Positions 29,851-38,889 of a DNA stretch of 64,000 bases are shown here, one piece after another. A model generated the notes under the pieces. It was not told the DNA's origin, did no database searches, and saw only the letters and a list, made by a program, of their open reading frames with translations. The first letter of the stretch is position 1. Each line of letters starts with the position of its first letter. The stretch is from the NCBI GenBank assembly GCA_018817165.1, contig JAHITY010000062.1, positions 26,958 to 90,957 on the forward strand, in the 5' to 3' direction. The stretch comes from Candidatus Omnitrophota bacterium (GTDB taxonomy: Bacteria; Omnitrophota; Gorgyraeia; B26-G9). The translations under genes were made by a program, and so were the position numbers.

Positions 29851-31578
29851 ATGTCTAGAAAAAAGAAGAAGTTTGCCAGTTTCGAAGAATTAGAAGAAAG
29901 AAAGGATAGTGTATTTGCCAAAGAATTTGAGGCTTTTTACGCTAAAGGAGTTACTACGCTTGCCGAGGGTGAAATAATCCAGGGTAGGATCGTAGGGATA
30001 ACCGGAAAAGAGGTGTTAGTCGATATCGGTTATAAATCCGAAGGGATTCTTGCTTTAGAAGAATTTGATGATCCATCTGAGGTGCAAATTGATGCTGAAA
30101 TCAATGTTCTTTTAGAGAAAAAAGAAGATGAAAATGGTATGGTTATTGTCTCTAAGCGTAAAGCTGATCGTTCTCTCGGGTGGGAGCGAATTATAAATAA
30201 TTATAATGAAGGCGATAATATCGAAGGCAGAGTCTCGAGAAAAGTTAAAGGTGGATTAATGGTGGACATTGGTCTGGATGCTTTTTTACCTGCTTCTCAA
30301 ATATCATTAAGAGGTGCTAAAAATATTGATCAGTATATTGGCAATACTTATGAGTTTATGATTGTTAAAGTCAATAAGCCAAGAAAAAATATTGTTCTTT
30401 CCCGTAGAGAATTATTGCTTAAGGAAAGAGAAGTAAATAGAGATAAACTGCTTAAAGAAATTGAAGTCGGGCAGGTTAGAACCGGACTAGTTAAAAATAT
30501 CGCTGATTTTGGTGTGTTTATTGATTTAGGCGGGGTTGATGGTTTGCTGCATATTACTGATATGAGTTGGGGGCGGATCAGCCATCCTTCAGAAATGGTA
30601 GCGATCGGAGATAATATTGATGTTAAAATCCTGGGAATTGATAAGGAATCAAATAAAATCAGTTTAGGGTTAAAGCAAAAAAGCTCAAGCCCATGGGTCG
30701 GGATTGAAGAAAAATATCCAGCAGGCAGTAAATTAAAAGGTAAGGTTGTGAATTTAGTTCCTTATGGTGCGTTTATTGAACTGGAAAAAGGGGTTGAGGG
30801 TTTAATTCATATTTCTGAATTTTCCTGGACACGCCGGATAAGTCACCCATCAGAAATGTTGGCAATTGGCGATATGGTGGAAGCGGTTGTGCTGAACCTT
30901 GATATTGCGAATCAGAAAATTGCTTTAGGTATTAAGCAGACTGAATCAGATCCTTGGAAAGGGATAAGCGATAAATATCCAGCGGGAGCAAAAGTAAAAG
31001 GTAAAGTTAGAAACTTGACTGATTATGGCGCTTTTGTTGAATTGGAAGAAGGTATTGATGGTTTGATTCATATTTCGGATATGTCTTGGACTAAGAAGAT
31101 AAACAATCCTTCGGAATTTCTGAAAAAAGGTCAAAAGCTGGAAGTGGTTGTGGTAAGTGTTGATGAAGTTAATCACAAGATCTCACTGGGATTAAAACAG
31201 CTTACGGTTGATCCATGGACATCGTTAGTTGAGAAATATCAAATTGATACTCAGGTCGAAGGGACAATTACAAAAATAACTACTTTTGGGATTTTTGTAG
31301 AGATTGATACTGAGCTTGAAGGATTAGTTCATGTTACTGAAATTGTGCTTGATCCGTCAATGAAAGTTGAAGACTGTTTTAAAGTCGGAGACATGGTTAA
31401 AGCCAAAGTAATTAAAGTTGATAATGAACAAAGAAAAATTGGTCTTACTATGAAAGATGAACCATATCAAGGTGAGACTAAGGCTGAAACTAAAGCTAAG
31501 GTTGAGGTTGAAACTAAACCTGAGGTTGAAGCTGAGTTTGAAGAAGCGGCTGAGATTGAAAACGAAGAAGAGGCTTAA
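29851..31578 (+). CDS. rpsA: 30S ribosomal protein S1 (six S1 domains, acidic tail)
   Basis: Repeated S1 motifs (GxV...G.FV.L..G..GL.H.S....); AAGGAGG RBS; sigma70-like promoter TTGAAA-17-TATACT at about 29779-29807. Confidence 0.9.
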   Translation: MSRKKKKFASFEELEERKDSVFAKEFEAFYAKGVTTLAEGEIIQGRIVGITGKEVLVDIGYKSEGILALEEFDDPSEVQIDAEINVLLEKKEDENGMVIVSKRKADRSLGWERIINNYNEGDNIEGRVSRKVKGGLMVDIGLDAFLPASQISLRGAKNIDQYIGNTYEFMIVKVNKPRKNIVLSRRELLLKEREVNRDKLLKEIEVGQVRTGLVKNIADFGVFIDLGGVDGLLHITDMSWGRISHPSEMVAIGDNIDVKILGIDKESNKISLGLKQKSSSPWVGIEEKYPAGSKLKGKVVNLVPYGAFIELEKGVEGLIHISEFSWTRRISHPSEMLAIGDMVEAVVLNLDIANQKIALGIKQTESDPWKGISDKYPAGAKVKGKVRNLTDYGAFVELEEGIDGLIHISDMSWTKKINNPSEFLKKGQKLEVVVVSVDEVNHKISLGLKQLTVDPWTSLVEKYQIDTQVEGTITKITTFGIFVEIDTELEGLVHVTEIVLDPSMKVEDCFKVGDMVKAKVIKVDNEQRKIGLTMKDEPYQGETKAETKAKVEVETKPEVEAEFEEAAEIENEEEA

Positions 31579-31617
31579 GCTTTATTCTTAGTTGGATTTA
31601 AAACAGATAAACAAAAA

Positions 31618-31650
31618 GGCGAGCAGCAAAACTGCTCGCCTTTTTTTTAT
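31618..31650 (+). terminator. Strong intrinsic terminator after rpsA
   Basis: GGCGAGCAG-caaaa-CTGCTCGCC followed by TTTTTTTTATT. Confidence 0.8.
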
Positions 31651-31693
31651 TAAACTTTTTCATTCAATTAGAATTTTAAAAGTAACTTGGCTA

Positions 31694-31910
31694 CAAGATG
31701 CAGGTGAATTTTTAAGCTTTTCACAAATTTAGGTAAATACGTGTTGTATTTTTGGGGACCCGTTAGGGCACGAGGACCTGTTTGAGCTTATTCATTTAAA
31801 TTTAAGGGCGAGTTCCGCAGTGCCAGAAATACAGCGCGGATTTGCCGATCTTGATGTTTAAATCAAGAAAATTTGTGACTTGCGTAAAATTTGTCTGCAT
31901 CTTGTATACC
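31694..31910 (+). repeat. Structured ~215-nt intergenic element, copy A (paralog of 46108-46320); candidate ncRNA or MITE
   Basis: Terminal inverted repeat CAAGATGCAG...CTGCATCTTG. Internal hairpins AATAC-gtgtt-GTATT, CTTGAT-gtttaa-ATCAAG and GGGCAC...GTGCC, plus long-range pairing CACAAATTT/AAATTTGTG. More than 80% identical to copy B, with compensatory substitutions in several stems. Confidence 0.6.
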
Positions 31911-32544
31911 CCGTAAGTTGCTTTACAGGCAAAAACACATCTTTTCGCTAAGCCTGAGCCTGCATCGTGCAGGCCCAGCCGCGCGTTCTCTCTAAGGATT
32001 CCGAAAATATCTGCTAGGTCTCAGATATTTCGGACTAAATTCGAGCAGGCTGACTTGACCTCGCTAACACTCCGTAAGTCAGGCTCTCATTTAAAGCGCC
32101 GCTCAAAGAGAATTTTTGCCTATCGAGATTTTAACTTTATGAACTTTATAAGTTGATGACTGTTTTAGCTTTGTAACTCATAACTAATCATTCATAACTT
32201 CATGTTTGTGATTTTGTAGCCAACTTGTCGAAGTCGGTCCGGAATCAATCATTTCTGCTCATTCTCGTCCCGCATCGTGCGGGACTCCGAGGATGAATCT
32301 CTGATTTTGCCAGTCCTATCAAAATCAGGCTTCAAACCCGCTAAAATGATTATTCCTGCCCTCTACACAGCGTTTAGTTATTTAGCAGCTTGTATTTTTT
32401 TTTGCGCAATACGCAATACTCAATACGCTTTTGTCCTTGTGTAAATCATCTCAAGCTTGACTGTACGCAAGTGCTGCTATATTATATTAATGAGGTTTAG
32501 TGGATATTAAAAAAAATACGCTAAAAGAAAGAAAAGGGGGGATT

Positions 32545-33054
32545 TTGAGGAAATATATAAATTGTTTGATTTTTGGTTTAATCATTGGCTTGTTTAATTT
32601 TAATGCTTTTGCATTTGAGCTTGCTTCTGAGTTTGTTGATTCAGAATACGGCTATTCTATAAAGTATCCTTTGGATTGGTATTCAAAAATCAATCGCTCG
32701 GGTATGGTGCTGGCTGATATCAATACTAAAGATAATAAATCGGGTTTACAGATCAGAGTTACTCAGAGCAATCAGTCAATCGATGATTATGTGTTACGAT
32801 ACATTGATAAGTTTAAGCAGGATATGCAGGCGCAGTTAACCAATCAAGAATATATGCTGATTGATAATAAAAAAGCTTACAAAATAAGTTTTCAAGCTAA
32901 TCGCCGAGGCAAGGATTATTTGCTGTTAAGTTATATTATGGCTGATGATCAAACAGCCAGAGTTTTTATTTTTCAAGCAGGAGTTCTTTATGATCAAAGA
33001 TATGAAATTATTCCTGTGCTTGATGCAATTGCCGGTTCTTTTGAACTGAAATAG
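32545..33054 (+). CDS. Hypothetical secreted protein (possibly PsbP/DUF1795-like fold)
   Basis: The ORF opens at 32500 (GTG). A G-rich RBS (GGGGGG) followed by TTG at 32545 gives a clean signal peptide MRKYINCLIFGLIIGLFNFNAFA. Confidence 0.45.
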   Translation: MRKYINCLIFGLIIGLFNFNAFAFELASEFVDSEYGYSIKYPLDWYSKINRSGMVLADINTKDNKSGLQIRVTQSNQSIDDYVLRYIDKFKQDMQAQLTNQEYMLIDNKKAYKISFQANRRGKDYLLLSYIMADDQTARVFIFQAGVLYDQRYEIIPVLDAIAGSFELK

Positions 33055-33096
33055 AAGAACCTCAAAAACCAGAAAATTTCTTAAAAAGGATAAATA

Positions 33097-33603
33097 ATGC
33101 TTAAGAAAATAGTCAGTATCGCAGTTGTCCCTTATGTGCTTTGGTTGATTTTTGCTTATCAATATCATTTTATTGACGGAGCTAATCTACTTTTTCATGA
33201 AGCAGGACATTTAGTTCTTTCATTCATGGGGCCAGTTGTTCATTTTCTCGGAGGGACAATCGGGCAATTAGTTTTTCCTACTGTTTGTATTATTAGTTTT
33301 TTAAAGAAAAATCAGAAATTTGAAGCGGCGATCTGCGGCATATGGTTTGGTGAAAATATGGTTAATATTGCTTGGTATATGGGAGATGCCCAAACCATGA
33401 TGATCCCCTTGGTCGGTGGGGGAATTCACGATTGGAATTGGCTGCTTTATCGCGCTGGTTTATTAGCGCATTGTAAAATTTTAGCAGGATTAGTGCATAT
33501 TATTGCCGCTCTGATTCTGATTGGTAGTGTGATAGTATTATTTCAGCAGTCATTTTTTACTGATTCTCAGCAGCAGGGAAATGATCCTGATATCGGTTTT
33601 TAA
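33097..33603 (+). CDS. Small polytopic membrane protein with HExxH motif (DUF3267-like putative zincin)
   Basis: FHEAGHLVLSF motif within 4-5 TM helices; 168 aa. Confidence 0.45.
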   Translation: MLKKIVSIAVVPYVLWLIFAYQYHFIDGANLLFHEAGHLVLSFMGPVVHFLGGTIGQLVFPTVCIISFLKKNQKFEAAICGIWFGENMVNIAWYMGDAQTMMIPLVGGGIHDWNWLLYRAGLLAHCKILAGLVHIIAALILIGSVIVLFQQSFFTDSQQQGNDPDIGF

Positions 33604-33668
33604 GCGCTATCTTACGGTTTGACAACAACTTATTTGTATGTTATTATTACTGAAAAAAGGAAAATTCA

Positions 33669-34910
33669 ATGAAATTTAAATCAGTAAAAGAACAATTAGA
33701 AATTATTAAACGCGGAGCAATCGAGATTATTTCGGAAGGGGAATTAGAAAAGAAGCTGGAAAAGTCTTTTCAAACAGGCAAACCATTGGTAATAAAAGCT
33801 GGTTTTGACCCAAGTGCTCCGGATATTCATTTAGGACATACTGTTTTATTGCGGAAATTGAAACAGTTTCAAGATTTGGGCCATGATGTTAAATTTCTTA
33901 TTGGCGATTTTACCGGGATGATCGGAGATCCCACGGGAAAATCAGAATTGCGCAAGCAGTTGACCAAAGAGGAAGTGGAAGCTAATTCTAAAACTTATCA
34001 GGTTCAGGTCAGCAAAGTTCTTAAAAAGGAAATTCAGCCGGTATTTAACAGTACCTGGTTTGAAAAATTCACACCTTATGATTTTCTTAGATTAACCAGT
34101 CACTTAACAGTTGCCCAGATCTTGGCGCGTGATGATTTTAAAAAACGTTATAATAGCGGTAAAGATATAAGCGTGCTTGAATTTATTTATCCTTTATTGC
34201 AGGGATATGACTCCGTGGAGTTAAAAGCGGATGTTGAATTGGGTGGTACTGACCAGAAATTTAATCTCTTGGTGGGCAGGCAATTGCAAAAAGATTTTAA
34301 TTGCTCTTTGCAATGCGTTCTGACAATGCCTTTATTAGAAGGCCTTGACGGTGTTCAGAAAATGAGCAAGAGTTTGAATAATTATATTGGTATTGATGAA
34401 TCAGCGGATGATATGTTTGGTAAGATCATGTCGATAGCTGATGAGCTGATGTTTCGCTACTATGAATTGTTAACGGATATTCCAATTGCTGAGATTGAGC
34501 AAATGAAACAGCAGATAAGCCGGCAGGAACTCCATCCTAAGGATTGCAAACAAAAATTAGCTCAGATTATTATTGAGTTTTATTATGATTCTCAGGCAGC
34601 CGAAAAAGCAGCGGAAGTATTTGCTGCTCGGTTTAGCGGCGGAACAGATTGGGATAATAGTGATAATTTTGAAGACAGAGTTATCGATAAATCAGATTGG
34701 GTAGAGGGGAAACTGTGGATCTGTAAAGTTCTTACCTTGGCTAAAACTTGCAAAAGTAATTCTGATGCCAGACGTTTAATTGAGCAAAAAGCCGTGAGTT
34801 TAAATGGAGAAGTGATCACGGATTCTAATTTTGAGCTGGCTTTGCCAACTGAAGAATGTCTGCTTAAGGTGGGGAAAAAACAATTCATCCGCATAATTAT
34901 TAATGGATAA
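33669..34910 (+). CDS. tyrS: Tyrosyl-tRNA synthetase
   Basis: HLGH (HIGH) and KMSKS motifs, C-terminal S4-like domain; promoter TTGACA-17-TATTAT at about 33620-33648. The 65-nt leader leaves no room for a T-box. Confidence 0.9.
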   Translation: MKFKSVKEQLEIIKRGAIEIISEGELEKKLEKSFQTGKPLVIKAGFDPSAPDIHLGHTVLLRKLKQFQDLGHDVKFLIGDFTGMIGDPTGKSELRKQLTKEEVEANSKTYQVQVSKVLKKEIQPVFNSTWFEKFTPYDFLRLTSHLTVAQILARDDFKKRYNSGKDISVLEFIYPLLQGYDSVELKADVELGGTDQKFNLLVGRQLQKDFNCSLQCVLTMPLLEGLDGVQKMSKSLNNYIGIDESADDMFGKIMSIADELMFRYYELLTDIPIAEIEQMKQQISRQELHPKDCKQKLAQIIIEFYYDSQAAEKAAEVFAARFSGGTDWDNSDNFEDRVIDKSDWVEGKLWICKVLTLAKTCKSNSDARRLIEQKAVSLNGEVITDSNFELALPTEECLLKVGKKQFIRIIING

Positions 34911-37002
34911 TATTCAAACTATTAAGAAGAAACTGATCTTAAATCAGAGCGCACAGTTTGTAAAAGGTGTTGGGCCGCAGCGCATAAAGACCCTGGCTAA
35001 ACTTAATATTCATACAGTTAAAGATCTCCTGTTTTATTTTCCCCGGCGTTATGAAGATCGCAGCAATTTTAAACCAATAAATAAAGTAATAATTGGACAA
35101 GTCGAAACCGTGCGCGGTCGAGTGCTTACTTCGAGTCTGCGGCGAATAAAAGGCAATCGTACGATATTTACTCTGGCTTTAGGTGATGAGAGCGGAGTGA
35201 TATATGCTATTTGGTTTAATCAGCCTTATATGAAAAATGTTTTTGCCGTGGATGATGATGTAATACTTTATGGTAAGGTTGACCACTATGGAAAAATTCA
35301 AATTAACTCTCCGGAATATGAAATCTTAAAACCGGATGAAGACCATGATCCAGTGCATACGGGAAGAGTTGTGCCGATTTATCCTTTAAAAATGGATATT
35401 GGTCAGCGTTATCTGCGTAAAGTGATTAAATACAGCATTGACCATTATCTGGACAATGTATTGGAGTTTATTCCTCAAGAGATAGTTAAACGCAATTCCT
35501 TTTTAGAGCTTAAGCAGGCTTTGCTTAATATCCATTTTCCTGATAATTTTGATCAACTTGCGGCAGCGAGGAGAAGATTGATATTTGATGAGTTTTTCCT
35601 TTTGCAATTGGCTTTGGGTTTAAAACGCAAAGCACTAAAGGAAACAAAAAAAGCAATTAAATTTAAACTCAAGGCTGAGCTGATTGAACAGTTTAAAAAA
35701 TCCCTGCCTTTTGAGCTGACCTCAGCGCAGAAAAATGTTATTAATGAAATTGAAGCGGATATGGGGAAAAAGCAGCCGATGAATCGTCTCCTGCAGGGAG
35801 ATGTGGGTAGCGGGAAAACAATTGTCAGTATTTGGGCGATTGTTGTTTGTGTACAAAGCGGTTATCAGGCAGCATTAATGGTTCCAACTGAAATATTGGC
35901 AATGCAGCATTATGAAACTTTAAATAAAATTTTATCTCCCCTGGGTATTAAAGTAACCATGTTGACCAGCGGCTTGAAAAAAAAGGAAAAAGAAAAAGTC
36001 ATTCAGGATATTTGCGAACATAAATTCAGCGTGATTGTCGGCACTCATTCCTTGATTCAAGGTGATATTAAATTTAAAAAATTAGGACTGATTATTGTCG
36101 ATGAACAACATAAATTTGGGGTTATGCAAAGAGTTAAACTGCAGCAAAAAGCAAATATGCCGGATATGCTGGTTATGAGCGCGACTCCGATTCCTCGAAC
36201 TTTGGCGATTACGGTATATGGCGATTTAGATATCTCGACAATCAGAGAACTTCCTCCGGGGAGAACACCGGTGGAGACTTATTGGATCAGTGAAAAAAAA
36301 CGCCAGGATTTATATATTTTTCTTAAGAAAAAAATCAAAGATAAAAATCAGATTTACGTGGTGTATCCTTTAGTAGAAAAATCAAAATCAATTGATTTAA
36401 AAGCAGCAACTAAAATGTATGAGCATTTTCGCGATGATATATTTGCGGAAAACAGGGTGGGACTTTTGCATGGCCGGATGAAGGATTTGGAAAAAAATCA
36501 GGTAATGCAGTTGTTTAAGGCCGGAGATTTAGATATCCTAGTGGCAACAACGGTTATTGAAGTCGGTATTGATGTGCCTAATGCTTCGGTTATTTTGATT
36601 GAACATGCTGAGCGTTTTGGTTTAAGTCAATTGCATCAATTGCGAGGACGGGTGGGAAGAGGTAAAAAACAAGCTTATTGTGTTCTTTTATCTGAAGGCA
36701 AAAGCGAAGACTCAGTAAAACGTTTAAGCGCGATGACGAAAACAACTGATGGCTTTAAAATCGCGGAATATGATCTGTTGATTCGCGGCCCAGGAGAGTT
36801 TTTTGGCACAAGGCAGCATGGTTTGCCTGAGCTGAAAATAGCTAATATCATCACCGATACTCAGCAGTTAATAGTTGCGCGAAAAGAAGCAACTGAGTTT
36901 TTAGAGCAGTTTTTCTCGGAAATCAATGATTCTAATAGCTTGATTGCTCAGGAATTGGCTGAAAAATTCCCGAAAACTGGCGATTCTTTGCTGGCAAGGT
37001 AA
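34903..37002 (+). CDS. recG: ATP-dependent DNA helicase RecG
   Basis: Wedge domain plus SF2 helicase motifs [31 protein letters not shown]. Confidence 0.9.
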   Translation: MDNIQTIKKKLILNQSAQFVKGVGPQRIKTLAKLNIHTVKDLLFYFPRRYEDRSNFKPINKVIIGQVETVRGRVLTSSLRRIKGNRTIFTLALGDESGVIYAIWFNQPYMKNVFAVDDDVILYGKVDHYGKIQINSPEYEILKPDEDHDPVHTGRVVPIYPLKMDIGQRYLRKVIKYSIDHYLDNVLEFIPQEIVKRNSFLELKQALLNIHFPDNFDQLAAARRRLIFDEFFLLQLALGLKRKALKETKKAIKFKLKAELIEQFKKSLPFELTSAQKNVINEIEADMGKKQPMNRLLQGDVGSGKTIVSIWAIVVCVQSGYQAALMVPTEILAMQHYETLNKILSPLGIKVTMLTSGLKKKEKEKVIQDICEHKFSVIVGTHSLIQGDIKFKKLGLIIVDEQHKFGVMQRVKLQQKANMPDMLVMSATPIPRTLAITVYGDLDISTIRELPPGRTPVETYWISEKKRQDLYIFLKKKIKDKNQIYVVYPLVEKSKSIDLKAATKMYEHFRDDIFAENRVGLLHGRMKDLEKNQVMQLFKAGDLDILVATTVIEVGIDVPNASVILIEHAERFGLSQLHQLRGRVGRGKKQAYCVLLSEGKSEDSVKRLSAMTKTTDGFKIAEYDLLIRGPGEFFGTRQHGLPELKIANIITDTQQLIVARKEATEFLEQFFSEINDSNSLIAQELAEKFPKTGDSLLAR

Positions 37003-37221
37003 TGTATAATTTGGGAGATTATTGATTCGGTAAGGTTTAACGGTAACGAAGCCCGTATCAGTAACGTTAACGGTTACGGTTAAAAATAATAAATTTTAGG
37101 CCGATAGACGTGCCCTAAAACGAAACGGGCATCGTAACCTTTACCTTAACTTTTTAAAGCTGTAACTGTAAACCCGACTCTGGAATTATACACCACAGAT
37201 AGTCACAGATGTTTATTTCTA

Positions 37222-37250
37222 TTGACTGAAACATGAATTTTTGGTATATT
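37222..37250 (+). promoter_or_regulatory. sigma70-like promoter (TTGACT-17-TATATT) for the NSS transporter gene
   Basis: Consensus-like hexamers about 60 nt upstream of the ATG at 37313. Confidence 0.45.
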
Positions 37251-37312
37251 CAATTTTAAGTCATCGACGAATAGAATGTCTTTAAAAGCAATCTTACAGG
37301 AATGATTTTCTT

Positions 37313-38833
37313 ATGGCAAAAGACGTTTTTACCCAGCATAGACCTCAATGGAAGACACATATTGGGTTTTTGCTTGCGGCAATTGGTTCTGCTGTTGGTT
37401 TGGGGAATATATGGCGTTTTCCCTATCTTTGTTATAAAAACGGTGGTGGCGCTTTTCTCGTGCCTTATTTTATCGCATTGCTTGTTGTTGGTATTCCCTT
37501 AATGATTTTGGAAATAGGGCTGGGGCATAAAATGCGCGGGTCTGCGCCGGCAAGCATCGCGGTTATTTCCCGAAAGTGGGAATGGGCTGGCTGGTGGCAG
37601 GTAATACTGGGTATGTTTGGTATTCTGCTTTATTATTCCGTGGTTATATCCTGGTGTTTAAATTATTTCTTTTTTGCTTTCAATGGCCAATGGGGCTCTG
37701 ATCCCAATACTTTTTTCTTTAAACAGTTTTTAATGGTGTCTGAGGGACCATTTGAAATCGGTGATTTGAGAACCCCGATTTTACTTGGCTTGATGCTGGT
37801 TTGGTTTTTTAACTGGTTGATTGTTTTTGTCGGGGTGCAAAAAGGCCTGGAGCGGGCAAATAAAATATTCATGCCTTTGCTCATGGTTTTAACTGCTTTG
37901 ATCGTGTTTTGGGGAATTAGTCTTCCCGGAGCATCTGAAGGAATTAAACTTTATTTAAAACCGCAATTCAATCGTTTGTCAGATATCAGAGTTTGGATGG
38001 ATGCTTTTTCCCAGATTTTCTTTTCTTTGAGTTTAGGCTTTGGGGTGATTTTGGCTTATGCTTCATATTTGCCGAAAAAAAGCCAGATTGTTCGAGATGC
38101 GGTTATAATTAGTTTTGTAAATTGTTTATTTTCAGTTTTTGCCGGCTTTGGGGTTTTTTCGGTTTTGGGTTATATGGCGCATAATACCGGTCAGCCAATA
38201 AGTGAGGTTGTTACTGAGTCGATTGGACTGGCTTTTGTGGTTTATCCTAAAGCAATCAGCATGCTGCCGGCATTTTCCCGGGAATTCGGTTTGATGTTTT
38301 TCGCGATTCTGGTCATAGCCGGACTTTCTTCCGGAATATCAATTCTCGAAGGCATAACCTCAGCAATCATCGATAAATTTCATTATTCCCGAAAAGTGGT
38401 TGTTTCCGCTTTATCAATTATTGGATTTCTGGGGGGAATAATTTTCACTACGCGAGCCGGGATATTATGGCTGGATATAGTCGACCATTTTGTGACTAAT
38501 TATGGGATTATTATCGCCGCGATTTTAGAATGTATTATTATTGGCTGGATTTTTAAAGCTAAAAAATTAAGAGACCATATTAATCATTTCAGCAGCTGGA
38601 ATTTGAATAAATGCTGGTGGGATATTTCCGTGAAAGTGATTGCTCCGGTAATCTTAGGCGGGTTGCTGATTTCCACAATACTCGAAGAGATTGCCCGGCC
38701 TTATGGCGGATATACTCGTTTAGCGCTGCTGGTGATTGGCCGCGATTGGATTGTGTTGACTGTGTTTATGGCAATTTTGGTTAGTGCTAGTGCTTGGAAA
38801 GTTGAACCCAAGCATAGAATAATTGAGCATTGA
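37313..38833 (+). CDS. Neurotransmitter:sodium symporter (NSS/SNF) family transporter
   Basis: GNIWRFPYLCYKNGGGAFLVPY signature; 12 TM; 506 aa. Confidence 0.85.
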   Translation: MAKDVFTQHRPQWKTHIGFLLAAIGSAVGLGNIWRFPYLCYKNGGGAFLVPYFIALLVVGIPLMILEIGLGHKMRGSAPASIAVISRKWEWAGWWQVILGMFGILLYYSVVISWCLNYFFFAFNGQWGSDPNTFFFKQFLMVSEGPFEIGDLRTPILLGLMLVWFFNWLIVFVGVQKGLERANKIFMPLLMVLTALIVFWGISLPGASEGIKLYLKPQFNRLSDIRVWMDAFSQIFFSLSLGFGVILAYASYLPKKSQIVRDAVIISFVNCLFSVFAGFGVFSVLGYMAHNTGQPISEVVTESIGLAFVVYPKAISMLPAFSREFGLMFFAILVIAGLSSGISILEGITSAIIDKFHYSRKVVVSALSIIGFLGGIIFTTRAGILWLDIVDHFVTNYGIIIAAILECIIIGWIFKAKKLRDHINHFSSWNLNKCWWDISVKVIAPVILGGLLISTILEEIARPYGGYTRLALLVIGRDWIVLTVFMAILVSASAWKVEPKHRIIEH

Positions 38834-38889
38834 GCTAAACAGGTGATTTTTGATTATTTTTTACTTAACATAGCGAGGAGGTAACAAGA

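Noticed and set aside
31694-31910. 6S RNA or preQ1/T-box riboswitch identity for the paired elements
   Set aside because: The structure is a multi-hairpin junction rather than a single long imperfect duplex with a central bubble (6S). It is far larger than preQ1 aptamers, and lacks the T-box AGGGUGGNACCGCG box.
31579-32544. tRNA, tmRNA, RNase P RNA or SRP RNA hidden in the long ORF-free spacer
   Set aside because: No GGTTCGAATCC-type T-loop, no tRNA-like 3' CCA context, no AGGAAAGTCCGGGCUCC (RNase P P4) or SRP domain IV motif found by eye; left as unclassified structured RNA.
33604-33668. T-box leader upstream of tyrS (and trpS at 21698)
   Set aside because: Only about 65 nt separate the upstream gene from tyrS, and trpS follows infB by 8 nt; T-box leaders need more than 200 nt. 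A plain sigma70 promoter fits instead.
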